Assembly: GCF_001194135.2 (NCBI RefSeq)
Contig: NC_068992.1
Location: 43,592,037 to 43,631,362, forward strand
Length of the DNA: 39,326 nucleotides
Direction: 5' to 3'
Source: Octopus bimaculoides
Lineage: Eukaryota
A model generated the notes under the pieces. It worked only from the letters and a program-made list of their open reading frames with translations, had not been told where the DNA came from and searched no databases. Of the stretch, positions 22,471 through 33,880 are shown piece by piece. Each line of letters opens with the position of its first letter. The stretch's first letter is position 1. The position numbers and the translations under genes were made by a program.

Positions 22471-23039
22471 AACCACACCTGAGCCTGTTTATCTGAAAAC
22501 GAACTGGATAGTCATGGTTGGACGAGTTTGATCGTAGATGTGTCTGCTGAAACAATACTGCCCAGGGGTTAAACAACAGCCAGAACAACAGCAACAATAG
22601 CGTACAAATGTACAAAAATATCAAACAAAACGAAAAGAAAAGCAATTCACAAGTAAACTGAAAAACAATGATGGCGGTCAGACAAAATGGTGGAGGAAAG
22701 TGTGTGAAAAGCGTAGAAAAACAAATAAAGACATACATATATAAGAGAAGTGTGTTGCTATTGGCGACAGGTGTGGATGACTACAGACAAAAATACGATA
22801 AATACTATTCCAATAAAACACCATTCTCTCGTAAGGATTTTTTGATTTTTTATTTCTATGTTGGGTTTTTGTTTTACCTTTTTGTTTCTTTTAAATAGAT
22901 TATCAAATGGAGAAGTCAACAACGCCTACGACAGAAATGTCGGTTGTAATTCTGGCAATGTAATATACGAGACGATCTCGTTTATTATAGAATTACAAAG
23001 GTGGACTTTGTTTTATATGCTAGAGGGATTTAATAGGGA

Positions 23040-23353
23040 GGAGAAGAAGAAGAAGAAGAAGAAGAAGAAATTATTTTCGATAAGTAAAATAGCAGCAGCA
23101 GTTGCAGCAGCAGTAGCAGCAGCAGCAGCAACAGGAGCGTAATATACGAAGGTGTTTAAATGAAGTGACATCCACGTAATCAAATATAAAGATGCACGCA
23201 CATACACACAGGTATATTTCTGTTGTATATATATGTGTGTGTGTGTGTTTGTGTGTGCGCGCGTGTTGTATGTATGTGAGAGAGAGTTTTTGTATGTGTG
23301 TGCGTGTGCGTATGCGTATGTGTGTGTCTGTGTGTACAAGAATCTATGTGTAG

Positions 23354-23406
<53 letters not shown>

Positions 23407-23474
23407 CATATATGTATGCATAGGTATATATTTGTATATATATAAGTATATATTTATATGAATGTATGCATACC

Positions 23475-23509
<35 letters not shown>

Positions 23510-23530
23510 TTAAATGTAATGTATGTACAT

Positions 23531-23620
<90 letters not shown>
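23040..23620. repeat. (GAA)n, (GCA)n, (GT)n, (TA)n and (GATA)n cluster
   Basis: Directly visible. Confidence 0.9.
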
Positions 23621-23707
23621 TTACACATTCAAGCACACAAACACATATCTTAATACAAACATTAATAAGAACAAAATGGTATTAGTTCTACGCTTCACTG
23701 GAGAAAG

Positions 23708-23744
23708 TCCTAACGTTTGGAACGTTAGTCTTTCATCAGAAAGG
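23708..23744 (-). ncRNA. Degenerate type I hammerhead motif, same family as 36768
   Basis: Minus: CCTTT CTGATGA A agac-taac-gttc cAAAC GTT AGG, followed by agcgtagaactaatac (agcgtgaacctaatac follows the 36768 copy). Confidence 0.45.
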
Positions 23745-23966
23745 AAGAAAAAAGGAAGAAAAATGTATATGGGGAATAGGAGAAAGGAAAAGACTGTGTC
23801 TAAAGAACGGACGAAGGAAATAGAAAGAAGGCAAAGGATTTCTAACCAGGATGACATGCTGTTCTATGGGGGAGGAGATTAACACTGGAGAAAGGGGTGG
23901 GTGCGCAGATGCACGTATCGAGTATAAGCAGAAATAGATGTAGGTATATATGTATTAGTGTGATTT

Positions 23967-24029
<63 letters not shown>

Positions 24030-24154
24030 NNNNNNNNNNNNNNNNNNNNNNNNNNNNNNNNNNNNNNNNNNNNNNNNNNNNNNNTGTGTAGGCGAGATGG
24101 ATGCGTGTAAGAGAGGTGTTTGTGTAACTGTTAGCTGGGTAGTGTGAACATGTG

Positions 24155-24547
24155 AAAGTGCGTGGTTTCGTGGTCAGGGCATGCGGTTCACGATCATAAG
24201 ATCATGAGTTCGATTCACAGCGGCGCGTTGTGTCCTTGGGTAAGACACTTTATTTCACACGGCTCCAGTTCATTCAGCTGTCAAAAATGAGTTGTACCTG
24301 TATTGCAAATGGCCAGCCTTGTCACACTCAGTGTCACACTCAGTGTCACACTCAGTGTCACACTCAGTGTCACACTCAGTGTCACACTCAGTGTCACACT
24401 CAGTGTCACGCTGAATCTCCCTGAGAACTACGTTAAGGGTTTGCGTATCTGTGGAGTGCTCAACCACTTGCGCGTTAATATCACGAGCAAACTTTTCCGT
24501 TGATCGAATCAACTGGAACATACATCATCGTAACTGACGGAGGACCA
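24155..24547 (+). mobile_element. Family B SINE, full length
   Basis: tRNA-like head (gtggtcagggc...gagttcgattc), core tgtgtccttgggtaagacact, tail gagaactacgttaagg...aactggaac...cgtaactgacggag. Confidence 0.85.
24321..24410 (+). repeat. 12-bp minisatellite (gtcacactcagt)x7.5 inside the SINE
   Basis: Seven exact units plus gtcacg; sibling copies have one unit. Confidence 0.95.
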
Positions 24548-24902
24548 CTTATGTGTGTGTGTATGTATGTATGTATGTGCGCATGTAGATGAGAGTGCGT
24601 GCAGGTCTGTGGCAAGCAACGTATTTCTCAGGCACGTGGGATGGCAAAAGCAAGGGAAAAGATGTTAATGAAAGGTGTGCATGTGAATAAATAGAAACCT
24701 GTTTGGGTGGGGAAACGTGTATAGAGGAATGCAGCCGCGAAACAGTGACAAACGTTTTATGCTAAAATGCAAAAATAAGGGAGAAATGCTTGAATTCCCT
24801 GATGAAAAGAAAAGTCAAAGAAATTGGTAAACAATCTATAAAATTGATAAAGTATATATCTATATGTGTGTGTGAGTATGTGTGTGTGTGTGCATGTATA
24901 TG

Positions 24903-24935
<33 letters not shown>

Positions 24936-25401
24936 NNNNNNNNNNNNNNNNNNNNNNNNNNNNNNNNNNNNNNNNNNNNNNNNNNNNNNNNNNNNNNNNN
25001 NNNNNNNNNNNNNNNNNNNNNNNNNNNNNNNNNNNNNNNNNNNNNNNNNNNNNNNNNNNNNNNNNNNNNNNNNNNNNNNNNNNNNNNNNNNNNNNNNNNN
25101 NNNNNNNNNNNNNNNNNNNNNNNNNNNNNNNNNNNNNNNNNNNNNNNNNNNNNNNNNNNNNNNNNNNNNNNNNNNNNNNNNNNNNNNNNNNNNNNNNNNN
25201 NNNNNNNNNNNNNNNNNNNNNNNNNNNNNNNNNNNNNNNNNNNNNNNNNNNNNNNNNNNNNNNNNNNNNNNNNNNNNNNNNNNNNNNNNNNNNNNNNNNN
25301 NNNNNNNNNNNNNNNNNNNNNNNNNNNNNNNNNNNNNNNNNNNNNNNNNNNNNNNNNNNNNNNNNNNNNNNNNNNNNNNNNNNNNNNNNNNNNNNNNNNN
25401 N

Positions 25402-25590
25402 TCACTCTTTCTTCTTGTTTCTGTTGTACCTGTATTTCAAAAGGACCAGCCTTGTCGCACTCTGTGTCACGCTGAATCTCCCCGAGAACTACGTTAAGGG
25501 TACACGTGTCTGTGGAGTGCTCAGCCACTTGCACGTTAATTTCACGAGCAGGCTGTTCCGTTGATCGGATCAACTGGAACACTCATCATC
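25402..25590 (+). mobile_element. Family B SINE 3' half after a gap
   Basis: Nearly identical to 37395-37570. Confidence 0.85.
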
Positions 25591-25608
25591 ATTATCGTCG
25601 TATGTATG

Positions 25609-25855
25609 TACGAGGTTAGGGTTAGGGTTAGGGTTAGGGTTAGGGTTAGTTCCTAGCTTTGAGTAAAAGAAAATACAGAAGAATCAGTTAGTTGTGATTT
25701 TATTCAATATATTCCCCTCTCAGATTTACACACTTATTGCAGCGGTCCTTCAGTTTTTCTAAGCCCTGTAAAAGTACTCGGAAAGTTAGACCTCCAACCA
25801 GGCCTTTCGCGATACCCTAAAGCCAGAAACTTTTCATCCTCCCACTCTCCTTGTA
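25609..25855. mobile_element. Tc1/mariner-like MITE in a (TATG)n tract
   Basis: TA termini; tacgagg (25609-15) vs ccttgta (25849-55); agttcctagcttt (25648-60) vs aaagccagaaact (25819-31). Confidence 0.7.
25614..25649 (+). repeat. Interstitial telomeric repeat GG(TTAGGG)5TTAG
   Basis: Exact repeat units at 25616-25645. Confidence 0.95.
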
Positions 25856-25889
25856 TGTATGCATGTATGTCTTGCACTGCATGGATATG

Positions 25890-26310
25890 TATACAGTTCA
25901 GAATCATTAAGGCTCCGTCTTTCTGGTTTGTAATGAATGATTTTGAAGCTGGCCTCACTGCCTCGAGTCGTGCTCTTCTATGCTAGCCTCCTTTTCTTGA
26001 CTTTTCTTTGGTAACACCCAGATATTGGAGCTTAGAGGCCTGTTTTACTGTAATCCCTTGGCATTATATGTTGAGCTCTTCAAGTGTTTTTGTCGCAGCC
26101 ATAACGTTTGATTTTTTCTTATTGATTTCCAACTAGTATTCACTCGCTACACTTTGTTCCCTGCCCAGTAATACCTACAGCTCCGTCTGATGATGTTGCG
26201 ATAAGGACTGTAATTGTCAGCAAACTGTAGATTGCTGATGTTCTTTCTCCTGGTAATCATTCCTGATCCCACAATGTTCATCAACTGATTCTCTTCCTAC
26301 ATCATTTATC
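25890..26310 (-). mobile_element. RTE-clade LINE reverse transcriptase remnant
   Basis: RRKNISNLQFAD(N), TVLIATSS, EL.VLL...EY.LEINKKKSNVM...KLQYLG; frameshifts and stops. Confidence 0.8.
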
Positions 26311-26320
26311 TAATGCACTC

Positions 26321-26759
26321 TAATAATGATTTCAAATTTTGGCACAAGGCCAGCAATTTCTGGAGGGGGGATAGTCGATTATATTGAGCCCAATGTTCAA
26401 CTGGTATTTATTTTATCGACCCCGAAAGGATAAAAGGCAAAGTCGAACTTGGCGGAATTTGAACCCAGTACATGAAAACGAACGAAATTCCACAAAGAAA
26501 TGTCTCCAATGTTGCAATGATTTTCTCAGAGTTCCGCTTTTATGGTATTTAATTCAGGCTCAAATTCTACAATATTGAGGGAAAGGGATAAGTTGAAACC
26601 ATCGACAGCAGTACTTGACTGGTTCTTCATTTCATCGACCCGAAAGGAATGAAAGGTAATGTTGACCTAGGTAAGATTTGAATTCAGAATGTAAACAGCC
26701 ACAATAAATAGCGCAAAGCATTTTTCCGACGTTCTACCGACTCTGCCAGTTCACTGCCT
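26321..26759 (-). mobile_element. Two tandem family C SINEs (about 26321-26538 and 26545-26759)
   Basis: Each shows atcgacccgaaagga...aaagg...tttgaa(c/t)...ctgcc in reverse. Confidence 0.8.
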
Positions 26760-26999
26760 TTCCTACAGTACTTTAATAATAACAAAGTACATCGGATAAA
26801 ACCCTTTAGACAGAGACCCATTAGAAAGGCGGAAAATGTACAAAGTCACCTACGGGAATCTGTAAAAAACGTTTGTACATACACTGGACACTTATTAAAT
26901 ATATACACTACTTCTAAACGTATATTTGAATATTTTTTTCTCGAACCTTAAGAACAATATGGACGGTTAGTTGGTTTCCATGGCGTATAATGGCCAAAA

Positions 27000-27170
27000 T
27001 CAAGGCATTGCCTTTGAGCGGGACATCGGTTAGTTACAGTGTTCAAGATCACCAAGAGTGAAAGGCAACAACGGATCTCGGCAATACTTGACCTCAGAAA
27101 GCGAGGAACCAAAAGAAATGCCGCTATTCATTTTATCCAACGTGCTACTGCTTCTGCCAGCTCGCCGTTT
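27000..27170 (-). mobile_element. Family C SINE, heavily degraded
   Basis: gaaaggcaac...gaaatgccgcta...ttctgccagctcgccg. Confidence 0.6.
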
Positions 27171-27812
27171 TGCTTTTAAATGTATTGTATATTCCACTAA
27201 ATAAACATTCTACTCTGCATTTAAATGTCCTTTCTAGTGTGAATGTTCTTCTCCAAAGATCTCCGGAAGAAATCATTATTACCACCTCACTACTTTATTA
27301 AACACTAATTTAGTTGAATATTTTTGCTTGAGACAGCGCAGACAATTAACCTGAGCTGTATAGAATCATTTGACTGTCTGTCATTGAGTCACTGAATAAA
27401 AGAGACTGTGATTCTTTTTATTCTTTTTAAACAATCATCTTAAGTTGTAACATTATTGCTATTCTTTTCTTTATGTAACTGTACATTATTATATTTTTTC
27501 TGGAGCATCATACAAGTAAGTTTTTACAATTTTTTCAAGATAGTCATTCTAAAATAAATTATCAGCGGTGTCCATCTTAAAAATAATAATTCTGTTTATA
27601 CTGGCGCAGGTATGGCTGTGCACTTCATAATTTCGGTTCGCAATCATAGAGTGATACAAAAAAGCTTCATGCCAGAATATTCTCCTTCTAGACAGATATT
27701 ATGAAAAGAACTAAAGGTCAATTACTTTTTAAGAGTTCTTTCAATGCTCACTTCACCATCTCGTCTATGTCTGATGCCCACGACTAAGTTTCCTGCTAAT
27801 TAAGCTTATGCT

Positions 27813-27847
<35 letters not shown>

Positions 27848-27914
27848 AATATGCATATATATGTATATATACATATATATAGTGAGAGAGGGGGAGACAG
27901 ACAGACAGAGAATG

Positions 27915-27964
<50 letters not shown>

Positions 27965-28449
27965 ATGTATATATATATNNNNNNNNNNNNNNNNNNNNNN
28001 NNNNNNNNNNNNNNNNNNNNNNNNNNNNNNNNNNNNNNNNNNNNNNNNNNNNNNNNNNNNNNNNNNNNNNNNNNNNNNNNNNNNNNNNNNNNNNNNNNNN
28101 NNNNNNNNNNNNNNNNNNNNNNNNNNNNNNNNNNNNNNNNNNNNNNNNNNNNNNNNNNNNNNNNNNNNNNNNNNNNNNNNNNNNNNNNNNNNNNNNNNNN
28201 NNNNNNATAATATATATCATTAATAAAATACAGGGTAGCAAAAAAATTTTAGAAATTTTATTTACCACCAGTGGTCTAGCGAGGGTAAAAAACAGTCAAT
28301 AGACTAACCCGCTAGAAATAGCAGCAAGACTACATACCACATATGCACGATTTTATAGACTTAATATACAGCACTTTCTCTCCTTCTCTCTCACTCTTCA
28401 CTTTACCCTCTTTTTCTCTCTTCTTTTTCTATCGCTCTTCGCTTTTACC

Positions 28450-28631
28450 TTCAACTAATCACGTGAAAGCGTTACAGACGGGCTTAGTAACAGAGAAAAA
28501 TAGAAAAAATTATCCATTTCTCTCACCACCACCTCTCCTTCCCCTTTCTTCCCTCCCCTACCCATCTTTCTTCTTCCCCTCTCCGTTCAGCTAATCACGT
28601 GGAAGCGTTATGGACGAGCTAAGCAACGGAG
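28450..28631 (+). repeat. ~46-bp direct repeat at 136-bp spacing, each copy after a CT-rich tract
   Basis: ttcaactaatcacgtgaaagcgttacagacgggcttagtaacagag vs ttcagctaatcacgtggaagcgttatggacgagctaagcaacggag. Confidence 0.8.
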
Positions 28632-28726
28632 GAACAAGCAACGGAAAAACAAATTATAAGATAAGGAGAACAGAGATTTCTCACATTCATAATTTTATTT
28701 GATATGTATTTACAGCATCTTTTTCT

Positions 28727-28812
28727 GAACCTACGCGCGTTTCAGCTGCATCGACTACACACTGTTGGATATGCAACCTGGTGTTATGGTCGATGCAGTT
28801 TCATTGGGGCCC
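28727..28812 (-). ncRNA. Type I hammerhead relic with long stem II
   Basis: Minus: GGGCC ccaATGA AaCTGCATCGAC-(33 nt)-GTCGATGCAGCT GAAAC GCGC GTA GGTTC. Palindromic ACGCGCGT, GUA triplet, U4/G5 mutated. Confidence 0.65.
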
Positions 28813-30044
28813 TTACTTTCTGCCGTTTCGAAGTGAAACTGAAGGAATTAGCAAACTGAATGAATAAAGTGTTTTTTAGGAGGTATGGTTGCTACTACTA
28901 ATAGTTGTGGGAATCCTGACCTAGAGTTCACCTCTACTAAATGTGGCAGGTGAAGCGAAACATACTCCTGAAAAATAGGTCATGGTTGGATTGAATGTTT
29001 ATTATCTTTGCACTTCATCCTTTCTTGTTATGAACAAAATTATGACCCTCAAAATTGCAAATGAAAGCCTTCGAAAACTGTTTGTCCAGATAATCACAAC
29101 CCCAAAGACTACACCCTTCTTCAGAGAAAGATAAACAACCTGATTACTTGCCATACTTCTACAAACTTCATTTATGACCCACAATGTAGTACTTTTCCTA
29201 AATTTGTGAGAGCTGTAGTAGTTCTGATACACATGCAAACATACTAGGTTATATCTAGAAATAAGGTCATTCAAAACTGAAAAAGGAAAAGAGTCTCTTC
29301 AATGTTTTCTCTCTCTCGCTCTGCCTCTTCTGAACGCGCTAGTTGCATACCTTTCTCGGACCATGTCCAAGCGACATTTCCTGTCAGCATCCTGTATTTT
29401 ATCTTCTCTTTCTTTTTTCCGTGAATATCAACTCTCTAGTACCCTTCCTGGCTATGTTGTTGTTCTTCTCCTCGACCCACCCTGTCGACGTTGACTTACA
29501 GATATTCAGGCGCAGAACGTCAACCACATCAATCTCACTCATTTAAAGGTGGGGATGCAAAGGTCATCGGCTGAACCTTTTTACCTCCTAACAAGACAAT
29601 AAAGTGTCCTTGCTTAAGACATATTATATTAGTTACATCGATAAAGACTAAATCAGTCAGACATTTTAACGCTATCATCTGCTCCTTTGATAACTTTAGC
29701 AGAGTCCACTCTTCTATAAGCATTCAAGCTAGGCCTCCTGCCCAAACTAATTTTCTCTCTTCTCTCTACAGGTTACTGAAGTTCTGTTAAATATCATTAA
29801 TGCTGCCCTTCCTTCTCTGACTTCAGCCGTAAATAAATATAAAAGACATTGATAGAAGCATGAGCATCATATAATCTCAATTTTTCTCACCTGTTCTATA
29901 AACGTGAAACATTTTCCTTCTCTAAGAAATCAATGCTCCGAGTAGTGTCTGCTTCTATATACATGCTACAAATATAGCACAATTCATTTGCCTTCCTACA
30001 TTTGACAGCAAGTTCGTAAAATAGCTGAGATCAAATGAAGGTTG

Positions 30045-30051
30045 AATATAT

Positions 30052-30097
<46 letters not shown>

Positions 30098-30150
30098 CCT
30101 CTCTCTCTCTCTCCCTTTCTTTCTCTCTCTCTCTCTCTTTCTCTCTCTTT
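30045..30150. repeat. (CT)n tract
   Basis: Directly visible. Confidence 0.9.
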
Positions 30151-30350
30151 ACCATGGAGACAATCCTTCAATTTCTTTTATTTATATTGTGCACATTGCA
30201 AGTTGTCTGAGTAAAATCGTATATTGGCTTTTACTTATTTCCAATCTGATGTATTGGATATATAAATATCATAGACCGGAAGTTACTCATTATTATCCAT
30301 CGTCTGTCATTAGTGATATTTTGAACGCTTAAATAAGAATGGCTTTTTGC

Positions 30351-30537
30351 TTTTGTTATTGCAGCAATGATAAATAAGCTGAACGAAAACTTTCTTTTTT
30401 TATTGTTGCAATGGAAATAAACTAAACTAAACGTTTTGACATCGCTGCAACGATAAAGAAGCTAAACTAAAACTTGTCTCATCACCGCAATGATAAAGAA
30501 GCTAAGGTAAAACTTTTGTCATCGCTGCAATGATAAG
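30351..30537 (+). repeat. 40-bp minisatellite, ~4.6 diverged copies
   Basis: Consensus ttttgtcatcgctgcaatgataaagaagctaaactaaaac; units start at 30351, 30391, 30434, 30474, 30514. Confidence 0.85.
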
Positions 30538-30615
30538 TACCTTTTTGTTCTTTTGTCATGACTATAACTGAAATAACTTTTCCAACATCCTATGTATTGG
30601 ACGAACCCAATACCG

Positions 30616-30677
30616 TTTGATTAACCGATTGATGGAACATCTCTGCTCAGATATGTTCTATCAATCGGTGAGTCAAA
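30616..30677 (+). other. 62-nt hairpin with ~25-bp stem
   Basis: TTTGATTAACCGATTGATGGAACATCT ctgctc AGATATGTTCTATCAATCGGTGAGTCAAA; 1 mismatch, 2 G-U pairs. Confidence 0.45.
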
Positions 30678-31023
30678 CCTCTGCTTTGATCCTTTCCGTT
30701 CTTCGGGCCACGTGACCCACCCTCTATCCAAGTTTAGCTCGGTTTTACACCCCAGTTCCGTGAACTCCGGCAGCCATTTATATTCTCTATACAAACGTTC
30801 AGTGACCAAGGTCCAGTCGCATGATCCCTGCTTCTCTATATCTGCTTCATTACCCATCCCCGCCCACATTTCTATTGCACACACACACACGTATAAGCAA
30901 CACATGTCACACACATATCGAAAGTACACACGCGCAGTACACCAAAAAGGCCATATGTGCATTCACAACGTGACATAGTATATACACACAGATATCTCGT
31001 ATCGTTATACTGTGAACATTAAA

Positions 31024-31060
<37 letters not shown>

Positions 31061-31458
31061 NNNNNNNNNNNNNNNNNNNNNNNNNNNNNNNNNNNNNNNN
31101 NNNNNNNNNNNNNNNNNNNNNNNNNNNNNNNNNNNNNNNNNNNNNNNNNNNNNNNNNNNNNNNNNNNNNNNNNNNNNNNNNNNNNNNNNNNNNNNNNNNN
31201 NNNNNNNNNNNNNNNNNNNNNNNNNNNNNNNNNNNNNNNNNNNNNNNNNNNNNNNNNNNNNNNNNNNNNNNNNNNNNNNNNNNNNNNNNNNNNNNNNNNN
31301 NNNNNNNNNNNNNNNNNNNNNNNNNNNNNNNNNNNNNNNNNNNNNNNNNNNNNNNNNNNNNNNNNNNNNNNNNNNNNNNNNNNNNNNNNNNNNNNNNNNN
31401 NNNNNNNNNNNNNNNNNNNNNNNNNNNNNNNNNNNNNNNNNNNNNNNNNNNNNNNNNN

Positions 31459-31645
31459 GGCGCAGGTGTGGCTGTGTGGTAAGAAACTTGGTTCCCGATC
31501 ACATGGTTCCAGGTTCAGTTCCTCTATGTGGCACCTTGGACAAGTGTCTTCTACTATAGCCTCGAGCCGACCAAAGCCTTGTGAGGAGATTTGGTAGACG
31601 GAAACTGAAAGAAGCCCGTCATATATATGTGTGTGTGTCTGTGTG

Positions 31646-31680
<35 letters not shown>

Positions 31681-31910
31681 CTATGTATTTATGCGTGTGT
31701 ATCTTTGTGTCTGTGTTTGTCCACCATCGCTTGACAACCGTTGTTGGTGTGTCTACGTACCCACAACATACCGGGTCGGCAAAAGTGACCGATAGAATAA
31801 GTACCAGGCTTACAAAGTTCTGGGGTCGATTTATTCGACTAAAAGGCAGTGCTCCCGCATGGCCGCAGTCAAATGACTGAAACACGTAAAAGAATAAAGT
31901 AATAAAAGAA
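31459..31910 (+). mobile_element. Family A SINE, full length
   Basis: ggcgcaggtgtggctgtgtggtaag...ggttcagttcc...ccttggacaagtgtcttctactatagcc...gcatggccgcagtcaaatgactgaaac...aaaagaata. Confidence 0.9.
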
Positions 31911-31924
31911 TATATATATGTATC

Positions 31925-31958
<34 letters not shown>

Positions 31959-31959
<1 letters not shown>

Positions 31960-32138
31960 CTTTGGCTGGCCTCAAATCTCACCTGCGAACCCATGGAAAG
32001 CAAACTTCAACCAGCTATTCTGATTATATGTCTGTGCACACGTTTGAATGTGGCGTATGCCAGAGGGTTTGCAAATCCAATGGGGGTCTTAAAAGACATG
32101 TAAGGATCCACAATGATCAGAACTTACTTGCAGGTATT
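31959..32138 (+). pseudogene. C2H2 zinc-finger coding fragment (1.5 fingers), probably a LINE ORF2 C-terminus
   Basis: SLAGLKSHLRTH...FECGVCQRVCKSNGGLKRHVRIH (32043-32111); no TGEKP linker; begins at (TATG)n and ends at a gap. Confidence 0.75.
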
Positions 32139-32779
32139 NNNNNNNNNNNNNNNNNNNNNNNNNNNNNNNNNNNNNNNNNNNNNNNNNNNNNNNNNNNNNN
32201 NNNNNNNNNNNNNNNNNNNNNNNNNNNNNNNNNNNNNNNNNNNNNNNNNNNNNNNNNNNNNNNNNNNNNNNNNNNNNNNNNNNNNNNNNNNNNNNNNNNN
32301 NNNNNNNNNNNNNNNNNNNNNNNNNNNNNNNNNNNNNNNNNNNNNNNNNNNNNNNNNNNNNNNNNNNNNNNNNNNNNNNNNNNNNNNNNNNNNNNNNNNN
32401 NNNNNNNNNNNNNNNNNNNNNNNNNNNNNNNNNNNNNNNNNNNNNNNNNNNNNNNNNNNNNNNNCTGATGTTGCGTCCGGTTGAGTAAAAATCTGGTATT
32501 TGCTGTCGTTTGTACACGTATAATTTCATGCCGACAAGCTATACCCGTGTGAGTATTTACATTGCATTAGCTTAACTTGTTCTATTTGGAAGGATTTTAA
32601 TCTGTACAAAGAAACAAAGCTGAAAACTCCCAATATAATCAAAATTAATCAAATGGAAATAGTTTATTCGACCTTGTCATTTTGAGTCAAACATCCATCG
32701 GTGGAAACAAAATATTTCACAAAAGAATATAAATTTCACTTTCATTTCGATTCGACGAAATCATTTTTCTTGCTCTCCA

Positions 32780-32968
32780 CATACATACGCATATACATAT
32801 ATATACACATATATATATATACACATACACTTTACACATATGCACCATACATACATGCAAACACACCACACCATACATGCTCTTTCCAAATACATACACA
32901 CCAATATAGCAAGTATACATTCCTCATACACCTTTGATGTGAGAAATGAAATAATCCTAAGCATCACG

Positions 32969-33016
<48 letters not shown>

Positions 33017-33800
33017 TCATAGGCGCGCATACACATGCACGCATATACACACACATACATACACAGGCACATGTATACATTAGGTAGATATATATAGAGA
33101 ATGACAGAAAAAATACAGACTTACATTTACAGATATATAGACATACAAACATATATATGTGTGTGCGCATGTATGTGTGTGTGCGTGTATGTGTGTGTGT
33201 GTGTGTGCGTGCGCGTATGTATGTATATATATATATATATATATATATAAGGAGTGAATATTTAAATGAATATCCATAAAGATATTTTATCATTATCACC
33301 AGTAATATATATGTGCATGTCTGTATGTAAGCATACCTACTATTCACGTGTGTGTGTAACGTGATGCTATTCATATGTATGTACATATATATATAAATAT
33401 ATGTATATATATATATATGTATAAATATATATGTATATATATGCATATATATACACATACATATATACATATATATATATATATTTGAATATATATATAA
33501 ATATATATATAAATATAAATATATATNNNNNNNNNNNNNNNNNNNNNNNNNNNNNNNNNNNNNNNNNNNNNNNNNNNNNNNNNNNNNNNNNNNNNNNNNN
33601 NNNNNNNNNNNNNNNNNNNNNNNNNNNNNNNNNNNNNNNNNNNNNNNNNNNNNNNNNNNNNNNNNNNNNNNNNNNNNNNNNNNNNNNNNNNNNNNNNNNN
33701 NNNNNNNNNNNNNNNNNNNNNNNNNNNNNNNNNNNNNNNNNNNNNNNNNNNNNNNNNNNNNNNNNNNNNNNNNNNNNNNNNNNNNNNNNNNNNNNNNNNN

Positions 33801-33837
<37 letters not shown>

Positions 33838-33880
33838 TTATGTATATACATTCGTGTATATATATATATATGTATACGCA
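32780..33880. repeat. (CA)/(TA)/(GT) microsatellite field with a gap
   Basis: Directly visible. Confidence 0.9.

Noticed and set aside
29040-29260. INNLITCHTSTNFIYDPQCS as a PLE GIY-YIG start
   Set aside because: Only a loose match; the YIG/YVG and arginine motifs are absent.
24321-30537. Regular arrays (12-bp at 24321, 40-bp at 30351) as CRISPR
   Set aside because: Head-to-tail tandem repeats with no unique spacers, no cas genes, and a eukaryotic context.
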